The notes under the pieces: model-generated
What the model saw: the letters and a program-made list of their open reading frames with translations, nothing else
Database searches by the model: none
Told to the model about the DNA's origin: nothing
From: a phage
DNA length: 43,104 bases
Direction: 5' to 3' (one strand)
Sequence record: PZ445418.1
Made by a program: the position numbers and the translations under genes
In this document: in pieces, positions 35,537 to 42,553 of the stretch
Layout: every line of letters begins with the position of its first letter
Position numbering within the stretch: the first letter of the stretch is position 1

Positions 35537-35866
35537 ATGAACGTAAACGACGCAATCGAAATGTTAACCAAGACTGTTTGCAGTGAGACAAGCCGGTCCT
35601 GGGCGTATACCGATGCCGTGGGGGCGGTGTTATTCGAGGTCGAACGTCTGCGCAGTGTAGAAAAAGAATTACGCGCCAGGCTGGAATTGCTCAACGGTAC
35701 GGCGGCGAGCAAGCTGCAAAAGCACAATGAGGAAATGGAAGAATACAAAAAGCAGGTTATCCGTTTGCGCGCCGAGGGAAAGTCATGGGCGATGATCGCG
35801 GAGTTGACAGGAATTAATCAGAGCACCGTGCGATCCTGGGTACGCAATAACAAAACTTCGAAGTAA
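35537..35866 (+). CDS. helix-turn-helix DNA-binding protein
   Basis: 109 aa, C-terminal GKSWAMIAELTGINQSTVRSWVRN HTH-like segment; GGAGA RBS. Confidence 0.55.
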   Translation: MNVNDAIEMLTKTVCSETSRSWAYTDAVGAVLFEVERLRSVEKELRARLELLNGTAASKLQKHNEEMEEYKKQVIRLRAEGKSWAMIAELTGINQSTVRSWVRNNKTSK

Positions 35867-35876
35867 GGCAACGGCA

Positions 35877-38141
35877 ATGAGCTTAATTAAATTCGCTGTA
35901 ACAAGACCCGCTAAAAAAGGCGAAAAAGCCAGGGCGGAAAACTTCCAGATGACGACCGATGAGTTTTTCGAATTTATCAAAGATGCGAAAGAAATCTCCT
36001 CGGTGCATATCAACAAGACCGAGGATAAAGCCGAGTATGCGCGCCGCAAGCGTAAGGCCGACGGCATCGTGGCGTATACCAGTGATGGATTGCGTCGCAA
36101 GACCAGTGCGGTGGACCGCTCGATCCTGTTCTTCGATATTGACCGTACCGACACCCGCACCCTACGCCGCTGCCGTAAGGCGTTCATTGACGCGGGTATG
36201 GAACACGTATTTCACACCACAACCGGCGACCGTCACCCACTGAAAGGCGGTATGCGTTGTGCCCGTTTCCTGGTGCTCACCGATAAGCCTGTACCGGCTG
36301 AAGACCTGGGCCGCGTCCAGTATGCACTACTACACCAACTGGGCCTGTCAGATGTGGACTTCGACGATTGCACGAAAGACACTAACCGCCTAATGTACCT
36401 GCCACATCAGCAGTCTGTCGTTAAGTGTCACTACGGCAAACGTGCCCGCGTCCGTCGTCTGCTTCGCCTGGCTGATAAGCTGGGAGTGGAAAAAGAGGAA
36501 GTACGCCGCGAACTAACCCAGGGCGATGACGGCGTGGCAGACGGTATTCTGGATTGGTGCTTCCAGGCGGGATTCGAACCGCTGTCGTCCGGTCGTGGCT
36601 ATGAAGTGCCGTGCCCGAACGAACACCTGCACAGCGGCGAAGGGTCCACCGCTATTATGGTTAAGGATGGCGAGATCCGTTTCAAGTGTATGCACACCGG
36701 AAACGAGTGCTGTTCCGAACTGAACAGACACCAGCACCTGGCGCTACGTCTTATAGGGATCCCGGACCACCTGAACGTCGAACCGCACAACATGTCACGT
36801 AAGCAAATCGCCGCCATCCTCCCTGGACTGGACGACGAGGAAGTCGAATCGTGCTATGAACATATTGTTGATGCAGTTGGCGACGGCGAAGAATACGGCG
36901 TGTGCACCGATGCGGATCTGGATAACGAGCCGGTCGCACTCTTCAGTAAGCACGACCCGATCATAGAAGGCCTGGTAAACTTCAAATCGACCTGGTACAT
37001 GGCTGGCGAGTCGAACATCGGTAAATCGTTCTACGTGCTGGGGCAAATGGGCGCGGTTGCCGCGGGGATTCCGTTCGGTGGCGCGAAGGTAGTCCAGTCT
37101 CATTGCTTCTATTTCGACGCGGAAGGTGGTGAAGCCTCCAACCAGCGTAAAGAAGCATTGCAGATTAAATACGAGCACGACCTGGACAAGCTGCACATTA
37201 TCGATCTGCAATCACGCGGCTGGGATATCACCAGCAAATCCGGCTTGCGTGAAGTTATCAGCTTCATCAACCGCACCGCTAACGGCGAGCCGGTTGGCCT
37301 GGTGGCGTTCGACTCACTCAACCAGACTGTTGCGCTGCGGTCCGCCGATGCAAAACCGTTCGACGAGAATAACGCCAGCGATATGGGTGAAGTGGTCAAA
37401 GCGCTGAAGGCCATTGCGGAAAATACAGGCGGCAGTGCGGGCGTCATCCACCACCCAGCGAAGGGTGCAAACGGCAGCAGATCTCCCCGTGGGTCCGGCG
37501 CGCTTCATGGTGCTGTCGATTCTGCGTTCTTCCTGGAACAGCCGGACGACAACCAGCCAGGCCAACTCAACCTGTACCATGAAAAGGCACGTAACGGCAT
37601 CAAGCAAGCGCCGCGCGGCTTCGTCCTGCTTAAGTGCAAGGTTAAGGTGGATCTCCGCAAGTCCGAGGCGTTCGAAGCCCACCAGTCCACCAGCACCGGG
37701 CCGGACTTCGGTGATGTGGTTGCCGGATGGGACGTCAAGCCAATTGCCTCCACGCCACGCGACGAGACTCTCTACCTCGTACCGGTCGCCCTGGCGCCGT
37801 TCGCTATCGAACAGGCAAAGGCAGCGGGCAAAGCAGCAGTTAAGGAAGAGAACACCGCCGGACCGCGCAACGAAAAAGAAAAGGTACTTTACGCGGCGCT
37901 GGAAAAACTGATGGAAGACAACCCGGACCATACCGGATTCAGTAAATCGGCAATTGTCCGCCAGGCGGGATTGGCAAAAGGTGGCACATCGACGAAGGCA
38001 ATCGACGATATGGTCGAGCGCGGAGTGCTGGGTTTTTACACCGATCCGCACACTGGGGCCATCTATGGGTCGTCGAATATCGTCATTAAAACGAATATAC
38101 CCATCACGCTTTCGGCGACCGACGAAGATTTAAAAGATTAA
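35877..38141 (+). CDS. primase / replicative ATPase fusion protein
   Basis: 754 aa; Cys/His cluster CPNEHLH...CMHTGNEC; Walker A GESNIGKS and Walker B-like LVAFDSLN in C-terminal half. Confidence 0.7.
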   Translation: MSLIKFAVTRPAKKGEKARAENFQMTTDEFFEFIKDAKEISSVHINKTEDKAEYARRKRKADGIVAYTSDGLRRKTSAVDRSILFFDIDRTDTRTLRRCRKAFIDAGMEHVFHTTTGDRHPLKGGMRCARFLVLTDKPVPAEDLGRVQYALLHQLGLSDVDFDDCTKDTNRLMYLPHQQSVVKCHYGKRARVRRLLRLADKLGVEKEEVRRELTQGDDGVADGILDWCFQAGFEPLSSGRGYEVPCPNEHLHSGEGSTAIMVKDGEIRFKCMHTGNECCSELNRHQHLALRLIGIPDHLNVEPHNMSRKQIAAILPGLDDEEVESCYEHIVDAVGDGEEYGVCTDADLDNEPVALFSKHDPIIEGLVNFKSTWYMAGESNIGKSFYVLGQMGAVAAGIPFGGAKVVQSHCFYFDAEGGEASNQRKEALQIKYEHDLDKLHIIDLQSRGWDITSKSGLREVISFINRTANGEPVGLVAFDSLNQTVALRSADAKPFDENNASDMGEVVKALKAIAENTGGSAGVIHHPAKGANGSRSPRGSGALHGAVDSAFFLEQPDDNQPGQLNLYHEKARNGIKQAPRGFVLLKCKVKVDLRKSEAFEAHQSTSTGPDFGDVVAGWDVKPIASTPRDETLYLVPVALAPFAIEQAKAAGKAAVKEENTAGPRNEKEKVLYAALEKLMEDNPDHTGFSKSAIVRQAGLAKGGTSTKAIDDMVERGVLGFYTDPHTGAIYGSSNIVIKTNIPITLSATDEDLKD

Positions 38142-38260
38142 ATTTTGCGCGCATTGGTTGCCGATATGGGAATTCCCATATCGCTAAAAGGTTAAATTTT
38201 GCGCGCATTGGTTGCCATTTTGAGTGTTTTTATTTGGTCGTATTGGTTGCCGTGTAGTGT
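38138..38260. repeat. direct repeats flanking a perfect 20-bp palindrome
   Basis: TTAAATTTTGCGCGCATTGGTTGCC at 38138-38162 and 38192-38216; palindrome GATATGGGAATTCCCATATC at 38163-38182; third ATTGGTTGCC at 38242-38251. Confidence 0.75.
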
Positions 38261-38268
38261 AAATATAG

Positions 38269-38463
38269 TGAATAGTTATGCAGTTTTATTGCATAAAGTA
38301 AGCGGGACAGAAAGCGGGACAAACAAGGGGCGGGACAAAGCGGGACAGCACCCCCGTCCCGCCCCGGATGGCGCGGCTTCCAGAGGAGCGGGACAGCGGG
38401 ACAGCACCCCAGTCTTTCAGACTAGACGGGGGTCATCGGCCCCCCTCGTCTGAGACTGAATAA
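38269..38463. repeat. iteron element B (second copy of element A)
   Basis: box TGAATAGTTATGCAGTTTTATTGCATAAA, six GCGGGACA(G/A) units, terminal hairpin differing from copy A at only 2 positions. Confidence 0.8.
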
Positions 38464-38619
38464 AATCCGGGGGATTGCAAAATACACGGCAGCATGTTGC
38501 GAAGTGCGGTCGCGGATGAACTAGGCAACCAATGCGAGATGCATTATGCGGAGTGAAAAACACAGTTTGCAGTTGCAGCAGATAGCGATCAACTTTTTCA
38601 TGCGCATGTTTGATATTGG

Positions 38620-38648
38620 TTGCATCCGCCCTAGCACCCTGCTATATT
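38620..38648 (+). promoter_or_regulatory. sigma70-like promoter TTGCAT-17-TATATT
   Basis: flanked by ATTGGTTGCA at 38615-38624 and 38645-38654; leader matches the one upstream of 4453..5217. Confidence 0.55.
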
Positions 38649-38676
38649 GGTTGCACACCAACAAGAGGACTGAACA

Positions 38677-38982
38677 ATGAAAGCGATTATCTGGAATTAC
38701 TCCCTGGCCGTGGCAAAGCTGGACGAAGCGAAGGCACTAAACAGCAACGTAGATCAGGCGCTTCAGGTTGCGATACTGGCGCATCAATCCCTTCGCAGCG
38801 CGCTCTATGGCATGGGCGCCAGCATGGACGAACTGAGGCCGTTGCGTATGGCAATCCACGAATACGCGCGGGCATTCTCCCGTGAGCGCCTGGCGTATCG
38901 CTTCGGTATTGGCGATAAGGCAGTGACAAACGTCGCCAGGATTAAAGCCCAGCGCGAGCTATTCGCCCAGCTTGCGAAATAA
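38677..38982 (+). CDS. hypothetical protein
   Basis: 101 aa helical protein, RBS GAGGA. Confidence 0.5.
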   Translation: MKAIIWNYSLAVAKLDEAKALNSNVDQALQVAILAHQSLRSALYGMGASMDELRPLRMAIHEYARAFSRERLAYRFGIGDKAVTNVARIKAQRELFAQLAK

Positions 38983-38991
38983 GGGGCCAAA

Positions 38992-39261
38992 ATGAGACGT
39001 AGACGAGCTAAACAGCTTTCATGGCATATTCCACTGCATTGCATACGAATATGGGCTGAGAATGCGGTTGAGGGCGATTCTGTGTTCTGGTGCTATCGCG
39101 ATGATGTGAAGCCACTGACGCAGACTCGCTACTTGCACCAGTTTGCAGCACAACACGATTTCAGGGTGCGGACTTCCTTGCAACCAATGGGCATTCGTAT
39201 TACATTACGCCGGAAGCCCGCCGTTGAGCGGGTAGGCAAACACTGGAGGCTGAGCAAATGA
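38992..39261 (+). CDS. hypothetical protein
   Basis: 89 aa, RBS AAGGGG. Confidence 0.45.
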   Translation: MRRRRAKQLSWHIPLHCIRIWAENAVEGDSVFWCYRDDVKPLTQTRYLHQFAAQHDFRVRTSLQPMGIRITLRRKPAVERVGKHWRLSK

Positions 39262-39410
39262 CACCAATGCAAAGGGCACTAATGGCGGGATTCTCGCAGA
39301 AGTTTATTTCAGTAGACGCCTGCATAGCTGATTATGAGATGGACGGCATCGCTACGGTATGCGATGGCGACTATAAGACTGTTGACGAGATCGAGGAGAC
39401 TGAGCAATGA
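39258..39410 (+). CDS. small acidic hypothetical protein
   Basis: 50 aa, ATGA overlaps at both ends; not in ORF track. Confidence 0.35.
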   Translation: MTPMQRALMAGFSQKFISVDACIADYEMDGIATVCDGDYKTVDEIEETEQ

Positions 39411-39979
39411 AATTACTATTCCGCCGTAAGTGCGATGGCTGCATCCTGAAGCCGATCCAGACCCTGGATTCCTACGTCCGCTTGCAAAACGCGGCAGGCA
39501 ATCGGGTGTGGTGGGCGAAGAAAGACAAGCTGACGGCAAACTTTGACGTACTCACCCACGATATCGAGCGCGGCGATGTGCTGCGGGATATTCGCGACGG
39601 GCAGCTATGGATCGTGGAATACGTTGGTTTTAATAGCCTTCGTATGCAGACGCGCAAGGGTGGCGTTGCTGGTAACCTGGTTAAGAGCGTGGCGTACTTC
39701 GGACTAATCAACTACGAGCGAGTGGGCCGCAAATACAGCCTTCGCAAACACCAGCCGCATGAGCGCGTCGAGTTCCGCAAGTCGCAGCCCGCGTATGCCA
39801 CCTACGACGCGAGCAAAGTGATGGAGCCGATCCGTCAGGCGGCGCATGAGATAGTCAATCGCGTTGATGCCGTGACGAATGCACAGCGCCATGCGCAGGA
39901 ATACGGCGTGGGATTCATCCGTGTCGAACGAGACGGCAGCATGAACGCCATCGACCCGCGCTCGGTGATTCTGAAATGA
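39407..39979 (+). CDS. hypothetical protein
   Basis: 190 aa, translationally coupled. Confidence 0.5.
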   Translation: MKLLFRRKCDGCILKPIQTLDSYVRLQNAAGNRVWWAKKDKLTANFDVLTHDIERGDVLRDIRDGQLWIVEYVGFNSLRMQTRKGGVAGNLVKSVAYFGLINYERVGRKYSLRKHQPHERVEFRKSQPAYATYDASKVMEPIRQAAHEIVNRVDAVTNAQRHAQEYGVGFIRVERDGSMNAIDPRSVILK

Positions 39980-40116
39980 GTGCGACGATCCGTGATATGC
40001 TTCAGCACAACCGCTTTGAGATAGGCGGTCGGGTATTTCGCAATTACTTCGTGGCGCGTGCATGGGCGCGCCATATTGGAAAACCGGAAGGGGCAATACG
40101 ATGCTACACGATTTGA
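39976..40116 (+). CDS. small hypothetical protein
   Basis: 46 aa, ATGA overlap with previous gene; not in ORF track. Confidence 0.3.
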   Translation: MSATIRDMLQHNRFEIGGRVFRNYFVARAWARHIGKPEGAIRCYTI

Positions 40117-40388
40117 TATATTGGTTTGGTTTGATCTGCGGGCTGTGCCTGCTTACCGCGGTGCTGGTGGGCGTCCTGATGTTCGTAGTGTGGCCCGCGG
40201 TGGAAGCCGCCAGCATTACCCGCATGACGTTCGAGATATACAAGCGCCGTGGAATCAAGGAGCACCCGACCAGGTTGCGCATGTGGTGGCTGTGGTATCG
40301 CGATATGATAGGCGGGCGAACATTCGAAGCCGTCCGGTCTAGTGGATGGGAGTGGAAAGGCGTCGGCAAGTGGTCCATTTTCGATTAA
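40101..40388 (+). CDS. membrane protein (one TM helix)
   Basis: from ATG at 40101; hydrophobic YWFGLICGLCLLTAVLVGVLMFVVW then basic/Trp-rich tail. Confidence 0.45.
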   Translation: MLHDLIYWFGLICGLCLLTAVLVGVLMFVVWPAVEAASITRMTFEIYKRRGIKEHPTRLRMWWLWYRDMIGGRTFEAVRSSGWEWKGVGKWSIFD

Positions 40389-40405
40389 TTATGCAAGCGT
40401 GATAT

Positions 40406-40440
40406 AGTCCCAGTGAGATAAAACTTACTGGGACTTTTTT
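40406..40440 (+). terminator. intrinsic terminator abutting holin start
   Basis: AGTCCCAGT / ACTGGGACT 9-bp stem, 12-nt loop, TTTTTT ending at 40440; ATG at 40441. Confidence 0.65.
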
Positions 40441-40731
40441 ATGGATAAGCTAAACGAGTGGTTATTCGCCCTTGCGTGTCTTGCTGGTGGCTTCGTCGGC
40501 GCACGCATTCATGGCGAGGCAACGAAAGGGCCGTTGAACTTCGTTTTATATGTCGTGGTTGGCTTCCTGTGTGCCATATTTGGTGCGCCAGCTATTGCCG
40601 AGTGGTCTGGTTTGTCTGGTGAGCGCACTGTTGCCGGTTTGGGCTTCGTAACTGCCATCTTCTGGATGCCAATAGCTGACCGGATCCGGGAGACAATTGC
40701 GTCGCTACACCTTCCGGGGGGCGCAAAATGA
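40441..40731 (+). CDS. holin
   Basis: 96 aa with about three hydrophobic segments, immediately upstream of second membrane protein and endolysin. Confidence 0.6.
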   Translation: MDKLNEWLFALACLAGGFVGARIHGEATKGPLNFVLYVVVGFLCAIFGAPAIAEWSGLSGERTVAGLGFVTAIFWMPIADRIRETIASLHLPGGAK

Positions 40732-40973
40732 TTATCACCGTCCTGTTGTTTGTTATCATAGGGGCTTCGTCCCTGTTTAACGTGTATGCGCCGTCCGTCC
40801 AGGATGGCATTTTAGGCCGGGTGTTATATCTGCTAACAGCGATGATCTGCGTTATCGGATTGTTGCAAACAGGAGACGTATCTGACACCACCTGGACCGC
40901 GTTAATCTGGCTGTTTGCATTGCGCACCCTGCGTAATGCTGTTTTGAATGGGGTAAAACATGCGATTCAGTGA
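40728..40973 (+). CDS. second holin/antiholin-like membrane protein
   Basis: 81 aa, two hydrophobic helices, ATGA coupling. Confidence 0.5.
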   Translation: MIITVLLFVIIGASSLFNVYAPSVQDGILGRVLYLLTAMICVIGLLQTGDVSDTTWTALIWLFALRTLRNAVLNGVKHAIQ

Positions 40974-41451
40974 TAACGGTCTACGATTTACGGCAGCATG
41001 GGAGACGTTCAGCCCAGTGCCGTATTTCGCGACTAAGAAAGAGCAGGCCCGCGGCCTGTACACCTGGGGTTATGGTCATACCGGCACTAACCCGCCTCGA
41101 AGCATTACCCGCGCGGAAGCGCTGGAGCTACTTAAGCACGATGTGGCGTATGCTGAGGACTGGGTGAACAAATACGCACATCCGAGCATTAACCAGGCGC
41201 AATTCGACGCGCTGGTGGACCTGGTAATCAATGCTGGTCCGGGTCCGATCGTACCGGATGACGTCGCGAATGATTTCGATGATGCGGTGCGACTGGGCGA
41301 CTGGGCGAAGGTACGGGCTACTCTGCCGCAGTTCCGCAAGCAAGGTGGGGAAGTGCTGAAGGGGTTAGTCCGTCGAGCAATCGGCAGGCAGGCGCTATTC
41401 GATGGTAAGCAGTGGGACGTTGCCGAGAAGATCGGACGTAACGCAGCATAA
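40960..41451 (+). CDS. endolysin, GH24 lysozyme-like
   Basis: GYGHTG and N-Q-A-Q-F-D-A-L-V-D-L-V-I-N resemble P22 gp19 / T4 lysozyme family. Confidence 0.7.
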   Translation: MRFSDNGLRFTAAWETFSPVPYFATKKEQARGLYTWGYGHTGTNPPRSITRAEALELLKHDVAYAEDWVNKYAHPSINQAQFDALVDLVINAGPGPIVPDDVANDFDDAVRLGDWAKVRATLPQFRKQGGEVLKGLVRRAIGRQALFDGKQWDVAEKIGRNAA

Positions 41452-41467
41452 TACGGGGTAACACAGT

Positions 41468-41881
41468 ATGTTAAAAAGTATTCTTGATCATAACGCCGAC
41501 GCGCTCGCCGCGCTGGCTAAAACCGAAGACCCTGGCGCACGCGCTATCATCGCGGACACTATCAGCCATGCAGGCGTCTTTGACGCGAAGCTGCCTAGCG
41601 TGCCGGAGAGTAAGCCGGTGGCAAGTGCGACCATAACCATCACCCCAGTGTCCGCCGCAGTCGGTGCGAAGGCCGCCGCTTCTGTTGCCGTCCAGCCATC
41701 CGACGCAACTAACAAGGCTGGGAAGTGGGTGTCCGCAAACCCTGACTGCGCGGCAATCGACCAGACTACCGGCGAAATCACAGCGAAATCGGAGGGTGGC
41801 GTCCACATCTTTTGGGTGGCATCCGATGGAGGCGGGGCGATGGCGTCCGCCATCTTCACCGTAACGGGAGCAGGAGCATAA
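41468..41881 (+). CDS. Ig-like (Big_2-type) domain protein
   Basis: C-terminal 80 aa fit Big_2 pattern (ITITP...ATNK...W-S-NP...A-ID...G-ITAK..G...I....DGG). Confidence 0.5.
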   Translation: MLKSILDHNADALAALAKTEDPGARAIIADTISHAGVFDAKLPSVPESKPVASATITITPVSAAVGAKAAASVAVQPSDATNKAGKWVSANPDCAAIDQTTGEITAKSEGGVHIFWVASDGGGAMASAIFTVTGAGA

Positions 41882-41887
41882 AACCAC

Positions 41888-41915
41888 AAGCCCGGTTAAT
41901 TCCGGGCTTTTTATT
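41888..41915 (+). terminator. intrinsic terminator
   Basis: AAGCCCGG-ttaatt-CCGGGCTT followed by TTTTATT. Confidence 0.7.
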
Positions 41916-41917
41916 GC

Positions 41918-41947
41918 TTGACTTGCAACCAACTATCAGACCATACT
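41918..41947 (+). promoter_or_regulatory. sigma70-like promoter TTGACT-18-CATACT
   Basis: TGCAACCAA directly after -35; followed by strong RBS GAGAGGAG. Confidence 0.35.
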
Positions 41948-41977
41948 GCTACCGATCAACGAGAGGAGTATTACACT

Positions 41978-42064
41978 ATGGCACGTAATGATATTTGGGT
42001 GATGGCAATATGGTCCACCGCAGCATTCATTGGTATGGTTATTTGTGAGGTGATAAATGGCTGA
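41978..42064 (+). CDS. small hydrophobic peptide
   Basis: 28 aa (MARNDIWVMAIWSTAAFIGMVICEVING) with strong RBS. Confidence 0.3.
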   Translation: MARNDIWVMAIWSTAAFIGMVICEVING

Positions 42065-42227
42065 GTTAGTCCGCCTTATGGCGCGCGATGAACACGTAAA
42101 AGTCACATTCTACGATAGCGGGAAGTGCTGCCGGGTTGAGTGCTGTGACCGCGGCGTTAAAATGCAATTCGAAGGATACACGGACACGATTGTTGATATC
42201 CTACGCGACCTGGGAACGTTGAAATGA
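42057..42227 (+). CDS. small Cys-rich hypothetical protein
   Basis: 56 aa, RBS GAGGTGA, ATGA coupling to next gene. Confidence 0.4.
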   Translation: MAELVRLMARDEHVKVTFYDSGKCCRVECCDRGVKMQFEGYTDTIVDILRDLGTLK

Positions 42228-42436
42228 TTAGACAAGTATTCATGAGCACGCAGGCCACCCGCCTGAAAGAGCTACGCAAACAACTCGAAGGCTTGCGCCG
42301 ATTCGAACGAACGGCAGCGGCAATAGGCATGTCTATCAGTGAGCGGATCGAGATACTATCTCAAATACGCTACACAGAAGGCGCAATAAGCGAAGTAGAA
42401 AGCATGTTAACCCGATACTACGGTCGCCCCGTTTAA
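42224..42436 (+). CDS. hypothetical protein
   Basis: 70-aa helical track ORF. Confidence 0.45.
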   Translation: MIRQVFMSTQATRLKELRKQLEGLRRFERTAAAIGMSISERIEILSQIRYTEGAISEVESMLTRYYGRPV

Positions 42437-42443
42437 CCCTCCT

Positions 42444-42469
42444 AGCCCGCCGATTTGGTGGGCTTTTTT
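42444..42469 (+). terminator. intrinsic terminator
   Basis: AGCCCGCC-gattt-GGTGGGCT followed by TTTTT. Confidence 0.7.
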
Positions 42470-42483
42470 GTGCCTGTTATAAT
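42455..42483 (+). promoter_or_regulatory. extended -10 promoter (TGtTATAAT) for packaging operon
   Basis: perfect TATAAT at 42478-42483 with TG at 42475-42476; weak -35 TTGGTG inside terminator stem. Confidence 0.5.
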
Positions 42484-42553
42484 CCCAATTAGATGGCAGG
42501 GCCGTCTCCTATGTTGCCGATGGTCGGCGCATATGCACAAAAGGGCTTATATC

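Noticed and set aside
38199-38453. 84-aa ORF in the track lying within the post-primase repeats and element B
   Set aside because: Same reason: spans direct repeats, a palindrome and the iteron array; no RBS.
5240-38654. TTGCA in the recurrent motif as a sigma54 -12 element
   Set aside because: No GG dinucleotide at the required 10-bp upstream spacing (TGGCAC-N5-TTGCA), and the motif co-occurs with sigma70-like -10 hexamers at 17-bp spacing.
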